From Actinomycetota bacterium (lineage in GTDB: Bacteria; Actinomycetota; Acidimicrobiia; Acidimicrobiales; CADCTF01): DNA of 64,000 bases. Made by a program: the position numbers and the translations under genes. The stretch is taken from the NCBI GenBank assembly GCA_019348255.1, contig JAHWJU010000001.1:2900-66899 (forward strand). The letters are read 5' to 3'. The notes beneath the pieces are model-generated. The model saw only the letters and a list, made by a program, of their open reading frames with translations, ran no database searches and was not told the DNA's origin. Below are positions 1 to 9,117 of the stretch, one piece after another (within the stretch, counting starts at the first letter, position 1; the number at the start of each line of letters is the position of its first letter).

Positions 1-1098
1 GCCGGCCCGGTGGTGGTGCTGCTGGGGGCGGCCATGGCATGGGTGTTGACCGGGGCGGCACTGCGCCCGGTGACGAGGATGACGCGCCGGGCGGCCACCC
101 TTTCGCTGCAGGAGCCCGACGCCCGCCTGCCGCACCCACCCGGAAGCGACGAGTTGGCCGAGCTCGGCCGCACCCTGAACGGAATGCTCGACCGCATCGG
201 CCAGACGGTGGCCCACGAGCGGGCCTTCGTCGACCACGCCGGCCACGAGCTGCGCAGCCCCCTCGCCGTCCTGCGGGGCGAGCTCGAGCTCATCCGCCTA
301 GAGATCTCCAACGAGCGCGGGAGCGAACGGACGGTGGCGGGCATCGATAGCGCCATGGAGGAGACGGACCGCCTCACCGCGCTCACCGAACAGCTCCTGA
401 CACTGGCCCGGGCCGATGCCGGATTTCTCGTGACGCCACCGGCGCCCGTCGAGGTGAGGGACGCCGCCAGCAGGGCGCTGCGCCGGCTCGACACACCACG
501 AGGTCTCGCCGTGGCGCTGCGCGTCCGTCCCGGCGTGGTGGTGAACGCCGACCCGGTCGCCTTCGAGCAGCTCTTGTACAACCTGGTGGACAACGCCGCC
601 GGTTGGGCGAAGAGCCGGCTCCTGGTCCGAGCCGTCGGCAGTGCCGACGCCGTCATCGTGGAGGTCGCCGACGACGGCCCCGGGTTCCATCCGACCGTCC
701 TCCCGCGGGCGTTCGACCGGTTCAGCCGGGCCGATCCCGCTCGGGGCCGCTCCGGCGGCGGGACAGGCTTGGGACTGGCGATCGTCGCGGCCATCGCCGG
801 CGCCTCCAGCGGGAGCGTCGAGGCGGGGAACGGCCCCCCGCTCGGTGGCGCGTGCGTCAGGGTCGTCATGCCCGCGACACCGCGCCGCCCGGCGACACCC
901 GAGCCGGCGTCCTCCCCAGCCGGCGCCCACGAGGCGGCCGGGATGGTCACCTCCGTGCCCGCCACGCGGCCCAGCCGCTCGGTTCCACTCCGGCCACGTC
1001 CGGTGCTGTTGCGCCGCTCGGGCGTCTCCGACCCGGAAGGATTCACAGCACTGCCGCGAAGGAACGACCCTCTGGAAGGGACCGGGCATGGCGACTGA
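1..1098 (+). CDS. Sensor histidine kinase, C-terminal part (5' end lies outside the window)
   Basis: The frame is open from base 1. It has a HAMP-like linker, H-box 'HAGHELRSPLAVLRGELEL', N-box 'LLYNLVDNA', and G-boxes 'DDGPGF' and 'GGTGLGLAIV'. About 85 aa of Pro/Arg/Ser-rich tail follow the catalytic core. The stop overlaps the next gene by 11 nt. Confidence 0.85.
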   Translation, partial: AGPVVVLLGAAMAWVLTGAALRPVTRMTRRAATLSLQEPDARLPHPPGSDELAELGRTLNGMLDRIGQTVAHERAFVDHAGHELRSPLAVLRGELELIRLEISNERGSERTVAGIDSAMEETDRLTALTEQLLTLARADAGFLVTPPAPVEVRDAASRALRRLDTPRGLAVALRVRPGVVVNADPVAFEQLLYNLVDNAAGWAKSRLLVRAVGSADAVIVEVADDGPGFHPTVLPRAFDRFSRADPARGRSGGGTGLGLAIVAAIAGASSGSVEAGNGPPLGGACVRVVMPATPRRPATPEPASSPAGAHEAAGMVTSVPATRPSRSVPLRPRPVLLRRSGVSDPEGFTALPRRNDPLEGTGHGD

Positions 1099-1657
1099 CG
1101 CCGAGTTGACGGAGCTGCCCCCGACCGGATCGGGCTTCGAGCCCGAGTGGGCGCAGGTGTACGAGGCCCATGCTCCGGCGGTGCTCGCCTTCGCCCGGAG
1201 CTGGTTGGGCAACGCCGCCATGGCCGAGGAGGTCACCCAGGACGTCTTCGTGTGGCTGTGGACCCGCTGCGAGGCCTTCGACCCCACCCGGGGGTCCTTG
1301 CGCTCGTACCTGCTGACCCAGACCCGCTGGCGCTGCGTCGACGTCATCCGGGCCGAGGAGTCACGACGGAAGCGGGAGCGCCGGGCCGCCAGTGCCAGCG
1401 AGTTACACGCGGTCCCCCACCACGAAGAGGAGCACGCCGCCGCGCAGCGTAGGGAGGCGGTCCAGGCAGTCCTCGGCTCCCTCGTCCACCTCCCCCCCGA
1501 GGAGCAGCTCCCCATCAACCTGGCCTACTTCGCCGAGCTGACCCACAAGGAGGTGGCTCGGGTCCTCGAGTGGCCCGAGGGCACGGTGAAGTCGCGGATC
1601 CGCAGGGGCCTGCACCGGATGCGCCAGCACGTGGTCGCCGAAAGGGACGTGGTGTAG
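1088..1657 (+). CDS. ECF-type RNA polymerase sigma factor, copy A
   Basis: ATG at 1088 is in frame with track ORF 641..1657. Region 2-like 'EEVTQDVFVWLW' and region 4 HTH 'LAYFAELTHKEVARVLEWPEGTVKSRIRRGLHRMR' are present. It is nearly identical to the ORF at 18438..19055. Confidence 0.85.
   Translation: MATDAELTELPPTGSGFEPEWAQVYEAHAPAVLAFARSWLGNAAMAEEVTQDVFVWLWTRCEAFDPTRGSLRSYLLTQTRWRCVDVIRAEESRRKRERRAASASELHAVPHHEEEHAAAQRREAVQAVLGSLVHLPPEEQLPINLAYFAELTHKEVARVLEWPEGTVKSRIRRGLHRMRQHVVAERDVV
1113..1622. repeat. Direct repeat copy A (internal part of the ECF sigma gene); partner at 18501..19008
   Basis: Manual alignment of the two stretches shows homology starting at 'ctgcccccgaccggatcgggcttcgag' and ending near 'ggcctgcaccggat'. 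The core 1145..1385 is base-for-base identical to 18531..18771 (241 nt). The flanks carry scattered substitutions. Confidence 0.85.
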
Positions 1658-1826
1658 ACGCGGTGGGCTCCGAGCTCCGCGGGTCATCTGGGCGGCGTGT
1701 GTCTTCGTACTGCGGTCGTGATCGTCCTTCCCTCCCCACCACCGTGAGACGGGTTTCCAGCATGCGGGCGGGGGACGGCCGGTCCTGGAACCAGACCTGT
1801 CCGGGGCGGTAGGTGACCGGCCGTCC

Positions 1827-2915
1827 GTGACCGCACGCCGGGGACTGCAGAGGAAGTCGATGGAGCGCAACGTCACTCGGCACGGCCTGGGAGACGTCGC
1901 CGCAGGTGATCGCTCGGAGACCCTCACCCTCGGCGCCGATCCCACCGACCCTCGCCTGCCGTCCCGGTTCGCCGAGGCCCTGGCAGAGCCGCTGCCCATG
2001 GAGGCGGTCGAGCGACTCGAAGGTGCCGCCAAGGCCTTGTTCCGTCAGGTGCTCGCCAGCCCCCGGGCCGTACCCGTCGCCATGGCCGCCGCCTTCGTGG
2101 AGTTCTTCCACACGGTCGGCTTCCTGTTCAAGTACAAGCCGTACGGTGTGAAGGTGGCCTCCCCGTTCGGGTACTCGATCTTCGACCTTCACGACGGGCA
2201 CGGCTTCAGCTTCCAACTGCACAGCCAGCCGAAGCTGGAGGCCTTCCACATCCTCGGCGCAAAGACGGAGAGCTTCGTCTACTTGTCCACCTACCCCCAG
2301 TGGGCGACCGAGGGAAGCCGGGCAGGCCGGCGCTGGGCCGAGGGGCGGGCAGGCATGGAGTCGAGGTATGCCTACGTTCCCGGCCCTGGCGACGTCATTC
2401 GGGTCTCTTCGACCGAGCTCGTGCACTCGGTCGTCGGCTGCACGCTGGAGGAGTATGCGAGCTGCTCCGTCGATGCGGTGGAGCGACTCCTGGACCAGAA
2501 CGCCGGGACGGCCTGGGCGCTGCCCGAGGCACACCCGAGCATCCCCCTCCTCCTGGACGGCTCGTACGCCGATCTTCCGGCACGACTCGTCGAGCACACG
2601 AAGTGCGGGTGGGCGAGGGAGCCGCTCGGGCACGAGCCGATTCTTGCGATCGAAGGGCAGTTCCGAGGGCTGAGGGCCCGGTCCCGCCCGGATCGTCCCG
2701 TGGTGGTGCCTCCGGTCCCGCAGTGGATCAACGTGGTCGTTCCGGTCGAGGGAGGCGTTCGTTGCGCAACGGCCGGGCAGACCTGGTCCGTACGACCGGG
2801 GCAGCTTCTCGCCAGCGCGCCCGGATACGGTGTCGAGGTAGCTTCCGACGAGCCGGCGGTGTTCGCGCTGCACTCGATCGCCCGTGATCTCGTCCTCCGG
2901 CAGTGGAGGCGATGA
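1827..2915 (+). CDS. Cupin-fold protein, type II phosphomannose-isomerase-like
   Basis: This 362-aa ORF has normal amino-acid composition, unlike the Arg/Pro-rich antisense ORF 1515..2984. 'GFSFQLHSQPKLEAFHILGAKTESFVYL' resembles the cupin/PMI motif S-x-Q-x-H-x(2-3)-x-E-x-(W/F). The start is uncertain (GTG 1827 or ATG 1860). Confidence 0.5.
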   Translation: MTARRGLQRKSMERNVTRHGLGDVAAGDRSETLTLGADPTDPRLPSRFAEALAEPLPMEAVERLEGAAKALFRQVLASPRAVPVAMAAAFVEFFHTVGFLFKYKPYGVKVASPFGYSIFDLHDGHGFSFQLHSQPKLEAFHILGAKTESFVYLSTYPQWATEGSRAGRRWAEGRAGMESRYAYVPGPGDVIRVSSTELVHSVVGCTLEEYASCSVDAVERLLDQNAGTAWALPEAHPSIPLLLDGSYADLPARLVEHTKCGWAREPLGHEPILAIEGQFRGLRARSRPDRPVVVPPVPQWINVVVPVEGGVRCATAGQTWSVRPGQLLASAPGYGVEVASDEPAVFALHSIARDLVLRQWRR

Positions 2916-3005
2916 TGCTGCGCGGGTGCCCCTGGTCGTGGGTGACTCGGCTCGCGGCGGAAACGGGGCGCAGGTAGAGCCCACCCGGACGACCGTGCGA
3001 ATCCG

Positions 3006-4547
3006 GTGCCAGTAGCGCGTCGTACTACGAGCCCGGGACGTCGATGTTCGGTGGTCTTTGGAGGCGACGTGCAGGTTCGGTCAAGAGGAGCACTCGGCAC
3101 GGGGCGCGTCGACCGTGGTGCCGGCGGGCGGCCGAACTGGTTCCACCACGGCGCCCTTCCACTCGGTGCCTTGGTACTCGTCGGCGACGCCGCCGGGATG
3201 GCCTTAGGTCTGGCGGCGGTCCCCATGCTGGGGATCGCCTCGAGCTGCATGATCGCCACCCTGCTCGTGGTGACGGCCCGGGGCCATCACCGGCTCGGTC
3301 TGGACCCGTCGTTGAGCAAGGATGCCCCCGGGCTGGTGGGGGCCGTCGCCGTTCCCATCGTGGTGCTGGGCAGCCTCCAGGACTCGACCTACGTGGCGGC
3401 GACCATGCTGCGCTCCGCTCTGGCGGCCACCGTGGCGGTGCTGGCCCTCCGGGCGGTGCTCTACGCGATGGTGAGGGCCCTGCGCAGCCGGCGGCTCCTC
3501 GCCGAACCGACCCTCGTCGTGGGGGCCGGCAACCTGGGCGCCGAGGTGGCGCGCGTGCTCAGAGACCATCCCCAGTACGGCTCCGAACCGGTCGGTTTCC
3601 TCGACGACGTGGACGACGAGATCGGTCTCCCGCTCCCGGTGCTGGGACCGGTGTCCTCGTTGGAAGCCGTGGTGCGCAGCCAGGGCATCCGCCGTGTGGT
3701 GGTGGCCTTCGGGCTCACCACCGATGACCAGATGGTGGAGGTGGTGCGGGCGTGTGACCGTGCTGCGGTGGAGATCCACGTCGTGCCCCGGTTCTTCGAG
3801 CTGGGGGCGGCGGGGGTGACCGAGGACGTGTGGGGCGTGCCCTTGGTGCGGGTGGGGCGCTCGCTGTGTCACCCCGCCGCCCACTGCGCCAAGCGGGCGT
3901 TCGACCTGGCGTTTGCGAGCGTGGCCCTGGTGGCGGTCTCGCCCCTCATGGTCGTCATCGCCGTCCTCGTGCGCCTCTCCAGCCCGGGACCGGTCCTGTT
4001 CCGCCAGGCCCGGGTGGGCCAGCACGGGAAGATCCTGGAGCTACTCAAGTTCCGGTCGATGGAGATCAACGACGACTCCGACACCCAGTGGTCGGTCGAG
4101 GCCGACCAGCGGGTGACGCGGATCGGAGCGGTCCTGCGCCGCACCAGCCTCGACGAGCTGCCCCAGCTGTTCAACGTGCTGCGCGGGGACATGTCCTTGG
4201 TCGGACCCCGACCGGAGCGGCCCTTCTACGTCGAGCGGTTCAGCAGGGAGGTGGCCGGCTACCGCCACCGTCACCGGGCGCCGGTGGGGATGACCGGCTG
4301 GTCCCAGGTGAACGGTCTGCGCGGTGACACCTCGCTGGAGGAGCGGGCTCGCCTCGACAACCACTACATCGAGAACTGGTCGCCGTGGCGGGACATCGTC
4401 ACCCTGGCCCGGACGGCACGAGTGCTGCTCATCGGCGATCAACGCCGCCCGGTCCCCGCCGGGGAGCCGGCGGGCCAGGGGGACGCTCCGGCAGAGGCGC
4501 TGGCGGTCCACCGTGCGTCCGAACCCCGCCAGGATCCGGCAGCGTAG
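3006..4547 (+). CDS. Polyprenyl-phosphate glycosyl-1-phosphate transferase (WbaP/CpsE-type bacterial sugar transferase)
   Basis: The C-terminal catalytic domain reads 'PVLFRQARVGQHGKILELLKFRSM...DELPQLFNVLRGDMSLVGPRPERP...MTGWSQVNG'. The N-terminal half is hydrophobic and is followed by a 'VVGAGNLG' nucleotide-binding-like linker. The start codon is uncertain. Confidence 0.85.
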   Translation: MPVARRTTSPGRRCSVVFGGDVQVRSRGALGTGRVDRGAGGRPNWFHHGALPLGALVLVGDAAGMALGLAAVPMLGIASSCMIATLLVVTARGHHRLGLDPSLSKDAPGLVGAVAVPIVVLGSLQDSTYVAATMLRSALAATVAVLALRAVLYAMVRALRSRRLLAEPTLVVGAGNLGAEVARVLRDHPQYGSEPVGFLDDVDDEIGLPLPVLGPVSSLEAVVRSQGIRRVVVAFGLTTDDQMVEVVRACDRAAVEIHVVPRFFELGAAGVTEDVWGVPLVRVGRSLCHPAAHCAKRAFDLAFASVALVAVSPLMVVIAVLVRLSSPGPVLFRQARVGQHGKILELLKFRSMEINDDSDTQWSVEADQRVTRIGAVLRRTSLDELPQLFNVLRGDMSLVGPRPERPFYVERFSREVAGYRHRHRAPVGMTGWSQVNGLRGDTSLEERARLDNHYIENWSPWRDIVTLARTARVLLIGDQRRPVPAGEPAGQGDAPAEALAVHRASEPRQDPAA

Positions 4548-4613
4548 GCCCCCTCGTGGGCGGACGGGAGTGGGAGCCGGATCTAGGGATCGCCCAGCTC
4601 CGTACTGACCCGT

Positions 4614-6509
4614 GTGAGCGGCTGGCGCCCGGGGCCGAGGATGGTCGGCCCGCCTGGCGCGTCCCCGGGACCTCACACCGCGGTGGACGAGCGGGAGGCG
4701 TTCGACTCGCTGGCGTGGCCTCGGTCGGGGCCGCCCGCCGGCGGGCCGCTCCGCCCGGCGGGTCGGGACCGCGGTCGGAGACGGCTCCGGACGGGCGTGG
4801 TGCTGACCGTGGTCGCTGTCTCGTGGCTGGTCGCGGTCGCCGTCCAGGGGGCACTGGCTGCCGCCGACGCCCGTGCCGGGCGAGACGCCATCGAGGAGGC
4901 CCAGCGCCTGGTCGGTGCCGGTGGCCTCCCCGGGGAAGGAGTCGACGCGGCACTGGAGCGGGCCCGCGCCTCGTTCACGGGTGCCCACGCCCGGATGACG
5001 AACCCCTTCGTCCTGCCGGCACGGGTGCTGCCCGTCCTGGGCCGCCAGCTGCGGTCCTTCGCTGCCCTCGCCGGTGCCTCGGGGCAGGCGGCCGAGATCG
5101 GTGCCACGGCCGTGGCCTCGGCGCAAAAGACCCTTGAGGCCACGGCCGGTGGTGGTCCGGACCGAGTTGCCGCTCTCCGCCGGCTGAGCAAAACGGCCGA
5201 GCGTGCCGAACAGGACCTGGCGGGGCTGGACCTCGGGCCGCGGGACCACCTGTTGGCCTCGCTGGCCCGGGCCCGGAGCGAGCTCGCCGGGCAGCTGGCC
5301 GACGGGCGGTCCAACCTTCGGCGCGCCAGCCTGATCAGCGACGCGGTCGCCGACATGCTCGCCGGACCCGGCGGCTACCTGCTCCTGGCCTCCAACAACG
5401 CCGAGATGCGGGCCGGATCCGGGATGTTCCTCAGCGCGGGGCTCCTGGAGACCCGCGACGGCTCCCTCGTCCTCGGCGCCATGCGGCCGACGGGCGACCT
5501 TCGCCTGCCCGGGATGGGCCTCCGGGGCGACCCCGACCTCCAGGCGCGGTGGGGCTGGCTCCATCCGGGTAGGGAGTGGCGCAACCTGGGCCTCTCGCCG
5601 CGCTTCGGGGGCACCGGAGAGCTGGCAGCGAGGATGTGGCAGGAGCTGGAGGGCAGGCCGCTGGACGGCGTGCTGGCGATCGACGTCGAGGGGGTGCGGG
5701 CCCTGCTGGCGGCCACCGGGCCGGTGCAGGTCGGGAAAGAACGGGTGGGAGCCGATGACGTGGTCGGCCTTCTGCTGCATGACCAGTACCTCGACCTGCC
5801 GGGAGTCGGTGCTGCTGACCAGTTCGAACAGGCCCGGCGTCGTGAGCGTCTCGGAGATCTGGCGGGCGCCGCCCTCCTCGCCCTGGAGTCAGGCGACTAC
5901 GACCCGGGCGTGCTGGCGACCGAGCTGGCCGATGCGGTCAGGGGGCGCCACCTCCTGGCGTGGTCGTCCGACGCCGGCCGGCAGCAGGCGTGGGAGGAGG
6001 CGGGGATCAGCGGCTCTCTCGGCTCGGAGTCGCTGCTCGTCTCCGTGCTCAACCGGGGTGGCAACAAGCTGGACCCCTTCCTGAAGGTGGCGTCGAGCCT
6101 GAGCTTCCGTCCGGTCTCGGATGGGACCGACGTGGCCCTCGAGGTGCGGCTCTCCAACCACACCCCGGAGGGCGAGCCCCCGTACGTCGCCGGACCCGCC
6201 CCCGGCAGCGGTCTGGCCGCCGGCGACTACCTCGGGATCGTGAGCGCCAACGTCCCGGGCGGCGCCGCCAACCTGCGCATCGACGGTGACCCCGCACTGG
6301 TCGCGCGCGGGCCGGACGGGCCCACCCAAGTGATCGCCGCCCCCGTGCTGCTCCCGCGCGGCTCCAGTCAGACCATGGTCATCCGTTTCCGTCTTGCCGC
6401 CGGCGTCGAGAGCATGCGTGTGGAGCCCTCGGCTCGCATCCCCCCCGTCGCATGGAGCATGCCGGGTGAGGAATGGGAGGGCGACACGGCCCGGGTCGTC
6501 ACGTGGTGA
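4614..6509 (+). CDS. DUF4012-like membrane-anchored protein of EPS loci
   Basis: One N-terminal TM helix 'VVLTVVAVSWLVAVAV' is present. 'LLLASNNAEMRAGSGMFLSAGLLETRDGSL' matches my recollection of the DUF4012 core (NNaE-R-gGG). The gene sits next to the priming transferase, as is typical. Confidence 0.65.
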   Translation: MSGWRPGPRMVGPPGASPGPHTAVDEREAFDSLAWPRSGPPAGGPLRPAGRDRGRRRLRTGVVLTVVAVSWLVAVAVQGALAAADARAGRDAIEEAQRLVGAGGLPGEGVDAALERARASFTGAHARMTNPFVLPARVLPVLGRQLRSFAALAGASGQAAEIGATAVASAQKTLEATAGGGPDRVAALRRLSKTAERAEQDLAGLDLGPRDHLLASLARARSELAGQLADGRSNLRRASLISDAVADMLAGPGGYLLLASNNAEMRAGSGMFLSAGLLETRDGSLVLGAMRPTGDLRLPGMGLRGDPDLQARWGWLHPGREWRNLGLSPRFGGTGELAARMWQELEGRPLDGVLAIDVEGVRALLAATGPVQVGKERVGADDVVGLLLHDQYLDLPGVGAADQFEQARRRERLGDLAGAALLALESGDYDPGVLATELADAVRGRHLLAWSSDAGRQQAWEEAGISGSLGSESLLVSVLNRGGNKLDPFLKVASSLSFRPVSDGTDVALEVRLSNHTPEGEPPYVAGPAPGSGLAAGDYLGIVSANVPGGAANLRIDGDPALVARGPDGPTQVIAAPVLLPRGSSQTMVIRFRLAAGVESMRVEPSARIPPVAWSMPGEEWEGDTARVVTW

Positions 6510-7729
6510 GCCTGGCCCTGCCCCGTCGCGGCCGGGAACGTCAGCGTCCTTCTCACCGTCCGCCGGACTGGGGGCCGGTCCCACTGGTCGAGCGGGAGGT
6601 CGGCGCCCGCCCGGTCGGGGCCCTGCGGGCGCTGTTCGTCAACGAGAACCTGGGCGGCCACACCGCCATGCACACCTACCTCCGCGTGGCGCTCGCCGAT
6701 CACCCTGAGATCGACGCCACCTTCATGGACGTACCGCCACCCGGCCTCTGCCGGAGGATGGTGGCGGTCCCGGTCCCCGGTCTGGCCCGCCTCGACGCCG
6801 ACCTGCAGGCCTTGCGCTACCAGCTCGCCCAGAGCGCCTACGTCCGGCGCCGGCTGCATCGCCTCCTCGCCGATGTCGACGTGGTCCACGTCTACACCCA
6901 CAATGCCGTGCTGCTGTCGGCGGCCGCTCTCGCCTCCCGGCCAACGGTCGTATCCCTCGACACCACCAACCTGGTCAACGCCTTCTCGCTCGACTATCGC
7001 CGTCCTGGCCGGATGACCGGCGCCGGCCTGCGGGCGGTGATGCCGCTCGAGCGGCGGGTTTACGAGGCAGCCAGGGTGGTGGTGGCGCAGTCGGAGTGGA
7101 CGGCGGTGCAACTGGAGCACTATGGGGTCTCTCGCCATCGGGTGCGGGTCATACCGTTCGGCGTGACGGTGCCGGCCGTGGCGCCCCGCGCCGCAACCGA
7201 GGGCCTGCCCCGGGTGACGTTCGTGGGCAAGACCATGGCCGGCAAGGGGGGATGGGCGCTGGTGCGGGCGTTCGAGTCTGGCCTGCGAGCGCACTGCCGG
7301 CTCACCCTCGTCACTTGCGACCGGGTGGGGGCCCGGCCGGGGATCGAGGTGCTGAACGATGTGCGTCCGGGCGACGGTCGCCTCCTGGAGCTGTTCGCCC
7401 GGACGGCGGTGTTCGTGCTGCCGACCGTGAACGACAAGGCGCCCTACGCGGTGCTCGAGGCCATGGCCGCCGGCGTGCCGGTGGTAAGCACCCGAGTGGG
7501 CGCCATCCCGGAGATGGTGCAGGATGGCGTGAGCGGGATCCTGGTGGACGCCGGGGACCAGGCCGGCCTGGTGGCCGCCCTGCGGGCCCTGCTCGGCGAC
7601 GAGGACCGGCGCCAGGCCATGGGGGATGCGGCTCGCCGCCGGGTGCTCGAGCGGTTCGACGCCCGCCGGACCACGGCCGACCTCGTCGACCTCCTGGCCG
7701 GGGTGTACGGGGGACGGGAGCCGAGCTGA
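6506..7729 (+). CDS. Glycosyltransferase family 4 (GT-B)
   Basis: 'VFVLPTVNDKAPYAVLEAMAAGVPVVSTRVGAIPEMVQDGVSGILV' is the GT4 E-x7-E region. The GTG at 6506 forms a GTGA overlap with the upstream stop. The track start at 6473 is also possible. Confidence 0.8.
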   Translation: MSLALPRRGRERQRPSHRPPDWGPVPLVEREVGARPVGALRALFVNENLGGHTAMHTYLRVALADHPEIDATFMDVPPPGLCRRMVAVPVPGLARLDADLQALRYQLAQSAYVRRRLHRLLADVDVVHVYTHNAVLLSAAALASRPTVVSLDTTNLVNAFSLDYRRPGRMTGAGLRAVMPLERRVYEAARVVVAQSEWTAVQLEHYGVSRHRVRVIPFGVTVPAVAPRAATEGLPRVTFVGKTMAGKGGWALVRAFESGLRAHCRLTLVTCDRVGARPGIEVLNDVRPGDGRLLELFARTAVFVLPTVNDKAPYAVLEAMAAGVPVVSTRVGAIPEMVQDGVSGILVDAGDQAGLVAALRALLGDEDRRQAMGDAARRRVLERFDARRTTADLVDLLAGVYGGREPS

Positions 7730-7740
7730 GCCCCGACTGG

Positions 7741-9114
7741 GTGGCGGGCCAAACGGCGCTGGCGCAGGGCATGGGCCTCGCCGAGGCCTGCCGTGCCGGG
7801 AGGCTGTCTGCCGGGCTCACGACCCGGCTGGCGCCGCGGTGGGCGGGCGCCTGGGCTGAGTTGCTCGACGACCTGGCCGGACGCCGAGTGCTGGTGCTCG
7901 ACCATGCGCCGGGGCTGGCGCCCGCCCGACTGGCTGAGCAGGCGGGTGAGGTGGCGGTGGTCGACGACCACGCCGACCGCGCCCGCTTCCGGCGAGCCCT
8001 GCCGGACTTCCGGAGGGGGGGCGTCGACGTCGGCACCAGCCGGGCGCTGCTCTCGGGGACGTCGCGCTGGGACCTGCTGGTGCTCGACGGGATCCGGCTG
8101 CGTGCCGGGCTGCTGGAGCGGTTGACCCGAGGCCTGGCGCCCGAGGGCCGCGTCGTAGTGATCGTCGACAACGCCACCAGCGCCCTGCGGGCTCTGGACC
8201 GGCTCGGTGGCGGCGCCTGTGGCCCGGCCGGCGCCCTCGGGATGGGGCTGGACGGGTCGCTGGGGCGGGCTGGGCTGGTCGTCCGCCAGAGGTTCGCCCT
8301 GCTGCGGACCTCGGCGGCCCCGGTGACCGCCTTCGACCTGGACGCCCCCATGGCCGGCGCTGCCGTCCTCCGCGCCGCGGCGACCATGGTCGGCGGCGCC
8401 CGCCGCCGGGCCCTGAGACTCCTGGAGCCGGCGCCGAGGCGGGGGGCGCTGACCCGGGCGGCGGTGCTGGCACCGGCCCGGATGGTGATCGCCGGCGCCG
8501 CCCCGGCTCAGCGGGCGCTGCCCGCCGACCGGCCGACCGGGCGGGTCGGCTACCAGGCGAGCCACGAGAGCAAGGTGGTGCGCGGAGAGCCGCCCACCGA
8601 GGTCGAGAAGCGCTACGTGAGCGCCGACGCCGCTGAGGCCGAAGCGGCGGCCCTCGCCGCCCTGGCCGCCGCCGGGCTCACCGTGGCCCCCCGGCTCGTG
8701 GCCCGGCCCGGCCCCGACCGGGTGCGCATGTCGTGGCTGGGAGGCCGACCGCTCGAGGTGGCCGCCCTGGGCGAGCGTGAGCTGGAGACCTGGGTGCGGA
8801 GAGCGGCACGGCTGCTCGCCCGCATCCAGCTCGCCGTGGGCGCCGACGGCGAGGGCAGGGTGCTGGTCCACGGCGACTACTGGTTGGGGAACCTCCTCCA
8901 CGAGGGTGATCGGATCGTGGGTGCCGTGGACTGGGCCTCGGCTCGGAGGGGCGATCGTACGACGGACCTGGTCCACCTGGTGGACAGCCTCGCCGAGATC
9001 CGCCCGGTCTCCGCCGGGATGCTCCGGCGGCTCACCGCGGCGGCCGGCGAGGAGCACGACGGCGAGGCCCGGCGGGCGCTCGACGGTCCCCCGGAGGACG
9101 TCACCCGGCGCTGA
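7741..9114 (+). CDS. Fusion protein: Rossmann/methyltransferase-like N-domain plus APH/choline-kinase-type phosphotransferase C-domain
   Basis: The C-domain has Brenner-like 'VLVHGDYWLGNLL' and 'VDWASARRGDRTTDL'. The N-domain has a degenerate motif I 'RRVLVLDHAPGL...VAVVDD' and 'GRVVVIVDN'. The first 215 codons of track ORF 7096..9114 overlap the GT4 gene and are not counted. The start may be GTG 7741 or ATG 7771. Confidence 0.7.
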   Translation: MAGQTALAQGMGLAEACRAGRLSAGLTTRLAPRWAGAWAELLDDLAGRRVLVLDHAPGLAPARLAEQAGEVAVVDDHADRARFRRALPDFRRGGVDVGTSRALLSGTSRWDLLVLDGIRLRAGLLERLTRGLAPEGRVVVIVDNATSALRALDRLGGGACGPAGALGMGLDGSLGRAGLVVRQRFALLRTSAAPVTAFDLDAPMAGAAVLRAAATMVGGARRRALRLLEPAPRRGALTRAAVLAPARMVIAGAAPAQRALPADRPTGRVGYQASHESKVVRGEPPTEVEKRYVSADAAEAEAAALAALAAAGLTVAPRLVARPGPDRVRMSWLGGRPLEVAALGERELETWVRRAARLLARIQLAVGADGEGRVLVHGDYWLGNLLHEGDRIVGAVDWASARRGDRTTDLVHLVDSLAEIRPVSAGMLRRLTAAAGEEHDGEARRALDGPPEDVTRR

Positions 9115-9117
9115 GGG

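Noticed and set aside
1787-1815. A 'GGAAC' followed ~16 nt later by 'GGTA' upstream of the cupin gene, considered as an ECF-type promoter driven by the neighbouring sigma.
   Set aside because: GGAAC is expected many times by chance in 64 kb. The -10-like element does not match a defined consensus, and no second occurrence was found upstream of the other candidate targets.
7096-7740. 5' extensions of several track ORFs that overlap the preceding gene. Examples: 7096..7740, 12627..13058, 13760..14587, 23918..24085, 28419..28754, 40494..40697, 42848..43291, 44788..44916, 46986..47975.
   Set aside because: The extended parts are Arg/Gly-rich shadow sequence overlapping well-supported genes. In each case an in-frame start sits at or just after the upstream stop, often as a 4-nt overlap.
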